A stretch of DNA of 64,000 nucleotides, from positions 62,001 through 126,000 of the forward strand of contig PPNB01000007.1 in NCBI GenBank assembly GCA_003707115.1, read 5' to 3'. A program made the position numbers and the translations under genes. Position 1 is the first letter of the stretch. The number at the start of each line of letters is the position of its first letter. A model generated the notes under the pieces. It saw only the letters and a program-made list of their open reading frames with translations. It searched no databases and had not been told where the DNA came from. This DNA is from Tortispora ganteri (taxonomy: Eukaryota). This document shows, one piece after another, positions 41,307 through 51,361 of the stretch.

Positions 41307-41616
41307 GAAATAGAATTATTTTTTGTGTATTACCTACTTCCTCTGCGATCACACTTCGCCAGCAAACTCACCTGCACACCGGCTTTTTGCTGTATCTTAG
41401 CGGTGAAAAAGCTGATATATCGGCCGTTTACTTTATCAAATATTTCTCTATAATATTTAAATTTGCTATATTGCGCAGATTGAATTAGTACAAGCTGGCA
41501 CTTTTGTTTGAACAAGTTTTGTGTGTGTGTGTGTTCTAACTGGCAACCAGCGAAATAACAAAGACAACTAACTCACATCTTCAGTTCCCGACCTATAAGC
41601 TCCTCCGACCTTTAAA

Positions 41617-44600
41617 ATGAGCGATCTTATTGAAAAAGAAGCCGAAATTACGTCGAACGACTCTGCGACTGAAAGCGATGTCAGAGACGACGAACAACAG
41701 CCTAAACCTAAACGCAGCCAACCTGAAGATTCTTCCGAGGAAGAAGAGGAAGACGACCCTGAAGAAATGCGTCGTATCCGCGAGGGATTTATTGTAGATG
41801 ATGAAGATGAAGGAGACGATAATGAAAATGACGGTGATAGCGATACCGAGATAAGAAGAGAACGCAAGCACCGCAGTGACCGCTCAAAGGACCGGTCAGA
41901 CTCACCTTCTCATGACAAGCTCGATGAAGATGACTTAGACCTGCTTATGGAGAATACTGGAGTGGCTGTTGACTCTGAAAAACCGAAGTTTAAACGTCTC
42001 AAACGAGGTACAGACGATTCTAGCAGAAAATCTCGCGATCTGAGTGAGATATTCTCCGATAAAGAGTCCGGTGACGAAGATTCAGCGGATGACGGCGAGC
42101 ATGCTGGCTCTACCCGCAGACGTTTTGACGAATTTGATGGTTTCATTGAAGATGATGAATTCTCGGGCGAAGACGAAGATGAAAGACGTGCAAGACTGCA
42201 AGAAAGACGCCGATCTAAGCCCAAATCTACTGCCGCTTCAGCAGAGACACTGGAACTGGCGGGAATTGACCCCGAGCAGCTGAATGAGTTTTACGAGGTT
42301 TTTGGCGACGGTGAAGAATATGCCTGGGCTTTAGAGGTTGAAGAAGACGCTGACCCATTGACACAAACCGGTGATGATTCAGAAGTTCCAGAACTGAAGG
42401 AAGTTTTTGAGCCTAGTGAACTCAAAGCGCGCATGCTTACAGATACTGACAACGAAATACGTGTGAAAGATATACCAGAACGGTATCAAGTGTTACATGC
42501 TTCATACGGTGATATTCAAGAACTATCACCGGAAGAATTCCAGCAGGAAGTCATCTTTATTACTTCAGCTATGAATTCCTTATATGGTCACCGCCTTAAG
42601 GAAGAGCTACTGGTTCCGTTTCAACAGTCTGTAGCTAAATGCGTTGAATTCATCGTGAAAAACAAATACGAAGTTCCCTTTATCTGGAGACACCGCAAAG
42701 ACTACATTGTGTATTATCCACCAGCGGAACCAGAAGCAGAAGGAGAAGCTACAAAGCCCGAGGAACTTTTATCATTAGATGATCTATGGCACTTAGTATA
42801 CTTGGATTTTAAATTTCAAGCAATTCTGGAAAAATACAGAAATGTTCACACCTTGTATGACAACCTGCACATATCTGTCCCCCTTGTGGAAGACCACTTC
42901 AAATCAGGGCAAAATGCATCTGATTTTCAAGATTGTTTGGACTATCTAAATTTTTATTATTCTGCCGAAGTAAGAAATTACTACGACACTGAAAAGGAGG
43001 CAGTTAAACACAAAAGGCCCAGAGGACGCACTTCAAATTACGAGAAACTCCGCAGCAGTGAAGTGTATAACGTTGTGAAATCTTTCGGTATAACTGCTGC
43101 CCAATATGGTGAAAATCTGGTTACCGGAACTAAAATACACACTGCTGAAGACCCTGACCTAATGCCCCACGACCTCTGTGAGAAAATTAAACGTGGAAGC
43201 GAAGATGCAGTCGTGGAATCATATTTTACATCCGCTCAGCTGCTTAGTGCCGCTAGAAACTTACTCGCAGAAGAATTTGCCCATGACCTACGGCTTCGAA
43301 AGTATATCAGAAACGACGTCATTTGGAGATACTCTTATATTGACGTATACGTTACTGAAAAAGGCCGTTTGCTTATCACCAAAAACCATCCGTATTATGA
43401 GTTTAAATATGCTAGAAACAGGATGTTTAGTGATATGGATCAAAATCCGGAACTGTTTTTGAAAATGCTCAATGCTGAAAAGTCTGAGCTTGTTCAAGTG
43501 AAACTAGTTATCCCGAGTTACGATAAGTTTGTCGAGAAGCTTGCAAACGATTTCCTCTTATCCGAGAACTATTCAGAAGTTGCTGAAAAATGGAACGGAG
43601 AACGTCTTGCAGTCCTGAAACTGGCACTCTCAGAAATCATTAAATCGACTTCAGCTGTCGTTAAAGAAGAGCTAAGAGCCATGTGCGAGCAGAAACTGGC
43701 AGCAAAATGCCGCTCTGCTCTTCTTAAGAAGGCTGACCAAGCACCATTTTGCCCGCGAGGATATGAGAACGGTACCATTTCACGCGCTCTCTGCTTGACT
43801 AATGGAAGAGGAGAGCCTGGGAAAGACAATATACATGGTATTTTCATGAATGAAAAGGGTATTATTATTGAAACCCTGATTCTACAAGACTTGAGGTCAC
43901 CTGATAACGTTAAGTCGTTTGTGGAGTTAGTACAGAACCGTAAGCCAGATGTTATTGGTGTTGCAGCGCTGTCTGTTTCAGGAGACAATCTTTTCAGAGA
44001 ACTCAAAAGAATTGTGTCTATGCACGGTCTAAAAGTTGATATAGAAGATTCTGCAGATGTCGACATGGATGAGAGCAATGAATACAATGATGCATCCGAT
44101 TCACAGCTTCCTGTGATTTGGGTTCAAGACGAGTGCGCAAGACTTTACTATGGTTCAGAGAGGGCTCGCGAAGAGTATCCATCGCTGTCTCAATTTGAGA
44201 GATATTGCGCTGCTCTTTGCCGTTACTTGCAATCTCCGTTGAAAGAATATGCTTCTTTCGGACAGGACCTTACAAGTTTCAGTTTTCACAAGGACCAGTC
44301 CTTGCTCCCGAAAGAAATTTTGCAGACTGCTTTAGAGAGCGCTCTTGTGGACGTTGCATGTCTTGTCGGCGTTGATATCAACGAAGCATTATCAGATAAC
44401 CGCGAAGCATCTATACTGCCTTATATAGCCGGACTAGGCCCTCGAAAATCTACTGGTCTGATTAATGCACTGAACAAAATTGGCGGATCTTTAGGGTCTA
44501 GACAAGATTTGATTCAGAATGAAATACTAGGCGAGGTAATTTTCCGCAACTGCGCCAGTTTCATTAAGATTCTCAGCTTACCGGGCAATACTCGTCACAC

Positions 44601-45879
44601 GGAACCGTTGGATGCAACCCGCATACACCCCGAGGACTACGAACTTGCACTTAAGATGGCTGCAGATGCGCTCGAGCTCGACGAGGAAGATTTAGTTGAT
44701 ATTGACTCTGGCGGTGGTGCAGTTGCCCAACTATTCCGCGAAGGTACGGAAAAATTAAACGAGCTGATGCTCGAAGGATACGCTGAAGAGCTGAAGCGAA
44801 AGTTTGGTATACTAAAACGAAACACGCTGGATATGATCAAGGAAGAGCTACAGAATAATTATGGCGAGTTACGTCGTAATTTCCATATTCTGAACAAGAA
44901 TGAAGTGTTCTTGATGCTTACTGGCGAAGAACCATCAGATTTGGAACCTGGTACTGTGGTTTCGCTCAGCATCCGAAAGATCATGAACCGCGTTTTGAAT
45001 GTACAACTTGCATGTGGAGTTACTGGCACGGTGAATGCGTATGACATGACTGAAAGAACGGATATCATGCACCCGAGCACGCTGTTTCACGTCGGACAGT
45101 CCGTCCAAGGGAAGATACTGAAAATGAACTATGAAACATTCAAAGCGGAAATTAGCTTGAGAGAGAAAGATGTTGCCAGAGCGCGAAAGACTCAGACTTT
45201 TTCGCGAGATCCTGCTATTTGGGCAGTTGACGAGGAGAAGAAAGACAACGAGGAATTGAAGCAAACGCAAGATCCTAAGAAGAATGTTCTACGTACGATT
45301 AATCATCCACTGTTTAAGCCGATAAACGGCCAGCAAGCTGAGCAGTACCTTGCGAGAATGCAGCGAGGTGACTTAGTTATCCGGCCGTCTTCTAGAGGCA
45401 AGGATCACATTGCTATTACATGGAAAGTCGCAGATGGTATTTACCAGCACCTAGATATTATTGAAAAGGAGAAGGACAACGATTTCAGTGTTGGAGGTGT
45501 ATTGATTGTTGGCGGAAAGAAGTATACTGACCTGGACGAGCTGATTTTCATGCATGTCAAAGCGATGGCTAAGAAAGTGGACGAAATGACCAATCATGAT
45601 AAGTTCCAGAATGGAAGCAAAGCGGATGTGGACAAGTATCTTATAACTTTCACGCAAGCCAATCCGAGACGATCAGCTTACAGTTTCTGTTACGATCATA
45701 AAAGACCGGGATATTTCCTTTTATGTTTCAAAGCTGGACTGAAAGCCAGTTTAGAGACATGGCCTGTGAAGGTTATTCCTAATGGTTTTCAGCTGCAAAA
45801 GAACACATATCCTGATATGAACCAATTGTGTAATGGATTCAAGCGCATGCTTACTGCACAAGCTGAAAAAATGCGCTGA
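41617..45879 (+). CDS. SPT6: Transcription elongation factor/histone chaperone Spt6
   Basis: Acidic N-terminus (GFIVDDE, LDEDDLDL), FEPSEL, DIPER, GLGPRK, LDATRIHPEDY, S1 domain and tandem SH2 (IRPSSRG). Confidence 0.97.
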   Translation: MSDLIEKEAEITSNDSATESDVRDDEQQPKPKRSQPEDSSEEEEEDDPEEMRRIREGFIVDDEDEGDDNENDGDSDTEIRRERKHRSDRSKDRSDSPSHDKLDEDDLDLLMENTGVAVDSEKPKFKRLKRGTDDSSRKSRDLSEIFSDKESGDEDSADDGEHAGSTRRRFDEFDGFIEDDEFSGEDEDERRARLQERRRSKPKSTAASAETLELAGIDPEQLNEFYEVFGDGEEYAWALEVEEDADPLTQTGDDSEVPELKEVFEPSELKARMLTDTDNEIRVKDIPERYQVLHASYGDIQELSPEEFQQEVIFITSAMNSLYGHRLKEELLVPFQQSVAKCVEFIVKNKYEVPFIWRHRKDYIVYYPPAEPEAEGEATKPEELLSLDDLWHLVYLDFKFQAILEKYRNVHTLYDNLHISVPLVEDHFKSGQNASDFQDCLDYLNFYYSAEVRNYYDTEKEAVKHKRPRGRTSNYEKLRSSEVYNVVKSFGITAAQYGENLVTGTKIHTAEDPDLMPHDLCEKIKRGSEDAVVESYFTSAQLLSAARNLLAEEFAHDLRLRKYIRNDVIWRYSYIDVYVTEKGRLLITKNHPYYEFKYARNRMFSDMDQNPELFLKMLNAEKSELVQVKLVIPSYDKFVEKLANDFLLSENYSEVAEKWNGERLAVLKLALSEIIKSTSAVVKEELRAMCEQKLAAKCRSALLKKADQAPFCPRGYENGTISRALCLTNGRGEPGKDNIHGIFMNEKGIIIETLILQDLRSPDNVKSFVELVQNRKPDVIGVAALSVSGDNLFRELKRIVSMHGLKVDIEDSADVDMDESNEYNDASDSQLPVIWVQDECARLYYGSERAREEYPSLSQFERYCAALCRYLQSPLKEYASFGQDLTSFSFHKDQSLLPKEILQTALESALVDVACLVGVDINEALSDNREASILPYIAGLGPRKSTGLINALNKIGGSLGSRQDLIQNEILGEVIFRNCASFIKILSLPGNTRHTEPLDATRIHPEDYELALKMAADALELDEEDLVDIDSGGGAVAQLFREGTEKLNELMLEGYAEELKRKFGILKRNTLDMIKEELQNNYGELRRNFHILNKNEVFLMLTGEEPSDLEPGTVVSLSIRKIMNRVLNVQLACGVTGTVNAYDMTERTDIMHPSTLFHVGQSVQGKILKMNYETFKAEISLREKDVARARKTQTFSRDPAIWAVDEEKKDNEELKQTQDPKKNVLRTINHPLFKPINGQQAEQYLARMQRGDLVIRPSSRGKDHIAITWKVADGIYQHLDIIEKEKDNDFSVGGVLIVGGKKYTDLDELIFMHVKAMAKKVDEMTNHDKFQNGSKADVDKYLITFTQANPRRSAYSFCYDHKRPGYFLLCFKAGLKASLETWPVKVIPNGFQLQKNTYPDMNQLCNGFKRMLTAQAEKMR

Positions 45880-45993
45880 TTATGATGTAATTCTATGATA
45901 TAAAATATAGTACGTTAAAAAAAATAGAATGAATATATAAATAGCTTTTGTCCTAGTCAAAACCTTAATTTTAATCCCTTGTTACGCTTACTT

Positions 45994-46003
45994 CGCGACG
46001 CGT
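45994..46003. promoter_or_regulatory. MCB element(s) CGCGACGCGT upstream of MRC1
   Basis: ACGCGT at 45998-46003 with an overlapping CGCG, 40 bp upstream of a G1/S-type gene. Confidence 0.6.
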
Positions 46004-46043
46004 TCTTTACCCACTTTTCGCCAATAAAATAACATACGCAAAG

Positions 46044-48962
46044 ATGGACAATTCGCCATTTGAGCTATGCGATTCTAGTGCTATAGACAATGAAGAATTG
46101 ATTAGTCCAGAAGAACGCGTGAAAATGTTAATGTCAAAGGATGTTACCGCGTTGTTAGAGAATGGCACTTTGGCGACCCAGACAGTATCAACTTATAAGG
46201 AGAGGATTGTTCATTCTGATGATGATTTCACAGAAGAACGTGGAACTGAGTACAGAAGTTTTGTTCAACTCACAGATATTTCTGCTAAATACGACAAAGA
46301 ACTAGAAGATAAAGCTCATACACAACCGCCAGATATGACCGATGGTGATACTATAGAACCGTCTTCGAACGGGAATGCTCCAGAGGCTTACTATATTTCT
46401 AAATCTTTCTTTTTAGATAAGTTCATGGCAGGAGGAAAGAAGAAAAAATTGAAGTCAGCGAATGAAACAATTCTAAGATGTTCTCCTAGCAAGATTAAAG
46501 TAAAACTGAACCCGAGTGAGTTGCTGGAACAAGACTCCGAGCTCAGTATCGTCCAGTCACAGAATAATAAGGTACTGTGCAAGCTCCAGGAGACGACCAG
46601 TGTGAATTCGAGAATGTCAAGAAAACATCTGTTAATCAATCTGCTTGAGAAGAACAGAAAACAGCTTGCTGGAGACACTAATGACCAGAAGAAGATAGAA
46701 CCGCAAATCAAAGCAAAGGAAGAGTCAAAGAAGAACCTCAAAGAAATGGTAGACAGTCTTCTAGAAGCCGAAAGACAGCATGCAGCTAAAGTATACGAAT
46801 TGGAACGACAAAGGAACGGAGATAAACAGGAGAAAGATATTCTAGATGACGGTGACGAAAGCGACGCTATAGCCTATGACTCGTCCGAGGATGAAGTTGC
46901 ATATTCTGGAAGCGAGGATGAAAACAGCCTAGAGGGATCAGACAAAGAAAGTGACGAAAACGAGGAGTTAAATGATCAAGCGACCAATGATGAACAGATA
47001 GACAAAAAGATTAATGAAATCCCAGAAAATGGAGAGATAACTGCGACCATGGATGAAGAAACCAATATGCAAGAAAATGTGAATGATCAGGAAGAACAAG
47101 ATGAAGAGGTTGAAGAGATTATTTTTAAGGCACCAAGGAAAAAACATATACAAGAAGGTATTCCTTCAACACCCAAACCATTTACGCCCCTGAAGGCTTC
47201 TTCAAGCTCTGGCACCTTCGGTCTCACTCAAATGTTTGACGAAGATGAAGAAGAAGAAAAAGAAGCTGAGGATGATGATACTCAAGTGAACCCAGAGAAT
47301 ACACAGACAATTCTAAGCATGCTCAGAGCTCAACAAAACACAAGCATACAAGACTCACAAAATATCTCGCCCGTTAAAGGGTCACTCACCGGCCTTAATA
47401 TCAGCTTGGCATACACAGACTCACTTACAGACTCTTTTACTACGATAGTTCCGGATAGTCAAGAAGATGCACTTACGGAAGAGTTATCAAATTTGCATAA
47501 AAAGGCTGAACAGAATACCGAGAGTTTCATGAACGGTCTGCAGAAACTATCCCCTTCCAACTTCAATCGGACAGATACAATAATCGCTGAGCCTTTGTCC
47601 CCTAATGCCAATGCAAACTTCCGCCGGCTAATTCGAAAACCAGCTGCAGATGACTCTAAAACGACGCAGCCAGAATATGGGCAAGCTAATCTCGAAGAAT
47701 CACCGACTCAGATTAAAGTTATTTTAGAGAAGCAGAAGAGAAAGATGGAACAAATGCAATCAGGCTTTGGATCAAACCTTGATGAAGCCAAAAAGATGTT
47801 TGAAGAGGAGGCAGAGGAGTCAGAAGATGAGTATGCGGGATTAGGAGGCGTCAGCGATGAAGAGGAAAATGTTTTGGATCATGAAACAGCCAAAATGATA
47901 GTTGAAGAGGAGGAATCACTGAATGATAAGGAGGTAAGGGATGTTCAGGCGCTTCATCTTGCCAAAGAGCAAGAAAGAGACACTGAAATGACTCGCCGCG
48001 TTTTGCATGATATTCACAATCACACTCTAGGTAGACGACGAGGAAGAAAAGGTGATGGCGGGTTGCTTGATTTTGAAGACGAAGATGACTACTTTGACGA
48101 TGTGAAAGTACGAAGAGCGAGAATGCGAGAACGACAGAAGGAAAGACAAATGAAGGCATTAGATAAAGATGCTGCGTTGGCTGCGCTTAAAAACAACGAG
48201 AAAACACGAGCCTTCTTTGAATGCGCTTTCGAAGACCTTGCAAGTGAGAGTAGAAATATAAGCAAGCTCATAATGGCAGAGGATGATGAAGAATCCAGTG
48301 ACGACTCTGAGGAGGATGACACAAATCGTGGGACAGAAGGGCGAAAGAAATCTGACAGTGGTAAGTCTAGTCGAGTTCAATCTCAAGCGTCGAAGCAAGA
48401 ATCATTGAGACAGCAGTTGTCATACTTAGACGAAGATGTGAACCAGGAACCGGATGAGTCGATATCGTCCCCGCTTTCTTCGCCGATTCGTTTGAAACGA
48501 GAAATTATACTTCCTGGGCAGAATAATCAGGACACAACAGGTGAAGCGGTAGGTTTCGAAGATTTTGAAGAGGACGACGACATGAATGTTTGGGAAAGAT
48601 TTGCACCATCAGTGAAGATGCAAGCACGACCATATAAGCGGTTTGGAAGGAACCAATTGGAAGATGAAAGTTCTTCGCCTGATCGCCAGTACCGTGCGCC
48701 TGAGTTCCGTAATCGCATCGCAGGGAGGGCCAATGAGTTTGAGCGTGAACTATTGTACGAGAAAGTCAGCTATGGGTCACCTACGAAGATGTCTAAAACC
48801 TCGTTGTTTCTTGCTGGGTCTAAGCGAACCACTTCGTTGCCGAGTGATAAGAAGGGCAATGCCAAGGGCAAAAGCAGCAGCGCGACTGAACATCGCGCAA
48901 AGAGGCGGGTAGTTAGTACCACGCTAGGCAAAAACTTGTCGATGTTTGGCAAGTTTGCATGA
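46044..48962 (+). CDS. MRC1: Replication checkpoint mediator Mrc1 (claspin)
   Basis: Acidic protein with several SQ/TQ sites and the MRC1 domain FEEEAEESEDEYAGLGG.SDEE...DI....L.RRR...N.KTRAFF. Confidence 0.85.
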   Translation: MDNSPFELCDSSAIDNEELISPEERVKMLMSKDVTALLENGTLATQTVSTYKERIVHSDDDFTEERGTEYRSFVQLTDISAKYDKELEDKAHTQPPDMTDGDTIEPSSNGNAPEAYYISKSFFLDKFMAGGKKKKLKSANETILRCSPSKIKVKLNPSELLEQDSELSIVQSQNNKVLCKLQETTSVNSRMSRKHLLINLLEKNRKQLAGDTNDQKKIEPQIKAKEESKKNLKEMVDSLLEAERQHAAKVYELERQRNGDKQEKDILDDGDESDAIAYDSSEDEVAYSGSEDENSLEGSDKESDENEELNDQATNDEQIDKKINEIPENGEITATMDEETNMQENVNDQEEQDEEVEEIIFKAPRKKHIQEGIPSTPKPFTPLKASSSSGTFGLTQMFDEDEEEEKEAEDDDTQVNPENTQTILSMLRAQQNTSIQDSQNISPVKGSLTGLNISLAYTDSLTDSFTTIVPDSQEDALTEELSNLHKKAEQNTESFMNGLQKLSPSNFNRTDTIIAEPLSPNANANFRRLIRKPAADDSKTTQPEYGQANLEESPTQIKVILEKQKRKMEQMQSGFGSNLDEAKKMFEEEAEESEDEYAGLGGVSDEEENVLDHETAKMIVEEEESLNDKEVRDVQALHLAKEQERDTEMTRRVLHDIHNHTLGRRRGRKGDGGLLDFEDEDDYFDDVKVRRARMRERQKERQMKALDKDAALAALKNNEKTRAFFECAFEDLASESRNISKLIMAEDDEESSDDSEEDDTNRGTEGRKKSDSGKSSRVQSQASKQESLRQQLSYLDEDVNQEPDESISSPLSSPIRLKREIILPGQNNQDTTGEAVGFEDFEEDDDMNVWERFAPSVKMQARPYKRFGRNQLEDESSSPDRQYRAPEFRNRIAGRANEFERELLYEKVSYGSPTKMSKTSLFLAGSKRTTSLPSDKKGNAKGKSSSATEHRAKRRVVSTTLGKNLSMFGKFA

Positions 48963-49014
48963 AGTGTGACACGATTGTTAAAGAACGAACCATTTTAAAT
49001 AACATGCAATATAC

Positions 49015-49629
49015 TTAAATGAAGTAGGCTGAGACCGATTGGCCGTCAAATTCAACAGTAAGAGATGGCTCTGACGGCAGGTCTATTGAGTAAGGCAGCT
49101 TTAAAGCTGGTTTCAGAGACTGAGTGAGGAAGGCCAACAATACTGGGCCATCTGGAGTAGCAGCATGTGCTACTCTTTCAGAAAGAAAATCAATTTTGGT
49201 CAAGGTAGTTGTGCAGCGAGAGGCAGATGTGGCAGTAATAGTGACAGCAGGATCTTTCATCCAATCGAGTAGATGGGCAACGAAACCAGACTGACAGTCA
49301 GAGACATGGAGTAGTTCAGAAAGTTCTTCAAGCAAAAGTTCGTTTTTCAGAGTATGTAAGAATTTGTTTTTAGGCAAATTTGTAGACGTTTTTGTGCGGC
49401 TGGTGGGTGTTGGAGTTTGCGAGAAGGAACGCTTTTGCGGCAGTTGCACTGATGAGTCAAAGGTAGGCGTAGTGAGAGGACTTAGTATATTTGAGAACTT
49501 TGACGAGAAAGAGCGAGGTTTACGTTCTGGTGTAGAGACGGAGGCAAATTTCTGTGGATTCGGTTTATTTAAAGAGGAAGAGCTCACTGGAGAGTCAGTA
49601 GGTGTGAAGGGCAGTTTAGGCGGCGTCAT
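49015..49629 (-). CDS. Hypothetical protein (204 aa, S/T-P-rich N-terminus)
   Basis: ATG-initiated ORF filling the gap between MRC1 and LTP1, with an MCB (ACGCGT, 49697-49702) upstream. Confidence 0.6.
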   Translation of the reverse strand: MTPPKLPFTPTDSPVSSSSLNKPNPQKFASVSTPERKPRSFSSKFSNILSPLTTPTFDSSVQLPQKRSFSQTPTPTSRTKTSTNLPKNKFLHTLKNELLLEELSELLHVSDCQSGFVAHLLDWMKDPAVTITATSASRCTTTLTKIDFLSERVAHAATPDGPVLLAFLTQSLKPALKLPYSIDLPSEPSLTVEFDGQSVSAYFI

Positions 49630-49904
49630 TGGATGAGATCAGCGATTGAAGAGTGGTGTCAGTGGAACGAATGTGACATGTCAGTGTACGTTGTAGACGC
49701 GTAAAGAATCAGTAGCCAATAAGAAGTAAAATATCTATACTATACATAAAATTTCACGTATATTTAGATAGAAACATGTATCAAAATTGGTGCAGCAATA
49801 ACGATATACGCGATAGTTACTGTAATAAAGTAAATGTGTAGAGCCGGGTAACAGTTTTTGGCATAAATGTGCGAAACGTTGAACAAGCTGAAGTTACGAC
49901 GACC

Positions 49905-50570
49905 ATGAGCAAAGAGCCTATTTCTGTAGGGTTTTGTTGTTTAGGCAATATGTAAGTATTTAATTGCGGACTTAGAGAGAGAAGAGAAATGAAATGAAAT
50001 GAAAAGAAATGAAAAGAGAACTAACTAGAATAGTTGTCGGTCACCTATGGCTGAGTATGAGACACACGCAGAATGCGATGGAGCGAGACTAACGCGAACT
50101 GTAGGGCAGTGTTCCGACATGTAGTGAAGACAGAAGGACATATTGACAAGATAAACGAGATTGATTCGTTTGGGACTGGAGGATGGCATGAGGGTGAGTC
50201 ACCAGATCGTCGTAGTTCGGCGACTTGTCGAAAGAACGGTGTTGCAATATCTCACAAAGCGCGAAAAGTGACCAGCGACGATTTCCAGAGATTCGACTAT
50301 ATTCTCGCGATGGTAAGTAAGAATTATTGTTACACTTATAGAGATGCGTACTAACTATGTTAGGACGATATGAACGTGAACAATTTGATTCGGATGCGTC
50401 CTAAGAATGCGAAAGCGAAAGTGATGCTTTTTGGCGAATTCAGACGTAATCCCAAATTGCCTAAAATTATCGATGACCCATACTATGGTGGATCAGATGG
50501 GTTTCAGTTCAATTTTGAACAAATTGTTGACTTCTCTCATGGGTTCATAGAAAAGGTTCTTTTAGTTTAA
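49905..50570 (+). CDS. LTP1: Low-molecular-weight protein tyrosine phosphatase, 4 exons
   Basis: Model: join(49905..49951,50034..50054,50105..50312,50364..50570), 160 aa. Gives FCCLGNICRSPMAEAVF, IDSFGTGGWH.GE.PD, FDYILAMD and IIDDPYYGG. Confidence 0.92.
49952..50033 (+). other. LTP1 intron 1 (82 nt, contains GAAAT/GAAAA repeats)
   Basis: GTAAGT ... AACTAAC ... AATAG. Confidence 0.88.
50055..50104 (+). other. LTP1 intron 2 (50 nt)
   Basis: GTATGA ... GACTAAC ... TGTAG. Confidence 0.85.
50313..50363 (+). other. LTP1 intron 3 (51 nt)
   Basis: GTAAGT ... TACTAAC ... GTTAG. Confidence 0.9.
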
Positions 50571-50793
50571 AGCAGATATTACTGATCGGTAACTATTTTG
50601 CCGTAGATCAGCTATAAGGCTAATGGATGCCATATATTTTAAAGAACGTTGATTACGTCATTTAGTTCGAAAGTCTGCATATATACCTATCAAGGCATTC
50701 ATGTTTGTTTACACCTGGTTGTAATTGTACAACGATCGGACAATATCATAGTGATGTTAAATCTTACCGATCATAGAGCCCCCTTATTACATT

Positions 50794-51002
50794 CGCGTAC
50801 ATGTGGAGGTAGAAATTCTGGTATGGTTGTTTGATTGACAAACGGTCATTTCTCTGTGATTGCTTATGTCTTTTATCGCGAAAAAATAAGAATACTTTAA
50901 GATAACTCTTTAGTACACGGTCAACCATTGTAATTGGTCAACTGCTAATTCAGCCCCTTTTTGATTCTATATTTAGTAACATTAAGCTCTGTTCTATCGC
51001 GT
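50794..51002. promoter_or_regulatory. SCB/MCB-like CGCG sites and an Rlm1-type site upstream of chitin synthase
   Basis: CGCGT at 50794-50798, CGCGAAA at 50877-50883, CTATATTTAG at 50967-50976 and CGCGT at 50998-51002. Confidence 0.4.
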
Positions 51003-51361
51003 CAAATGAACCTTAATTTCGACGTACTCTTTGACTCCCCCCACCCGGCTATATTCTACCCGTTAATTAGCCACAGAAAATAATATATATCCATCTAAAT
51101 CAACTGCGATCGTAACTTTGTACTCAAATTTTTAATTAAATTTCTCTTTATAGTTCCACATTTCCGCTTCCGCCTTCAAAGTTACATTGTGCTTGCTATT
51201 CGCTGCACTGCTATAACCGCGCCTCCTCTATTTACATCTTTATAACAACTCCCAAAGTAAATATATACTAAAAACCTGCACCCGAGCACCCCTTGATCCA
51301 CTTTCTTCGCTTCTGAAACATTAAAGGACCCTTTATAGCTACTGAATTAGTCGTCAACAGC

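Noticed and set aside
12976..48962. Apparent functional grouping of DBF4/MRC1 or RTF1/SPT6/RPO31
   Set aside because: They are separated by many unrelated genes, which is expected by chance in a dense housekeeping region.
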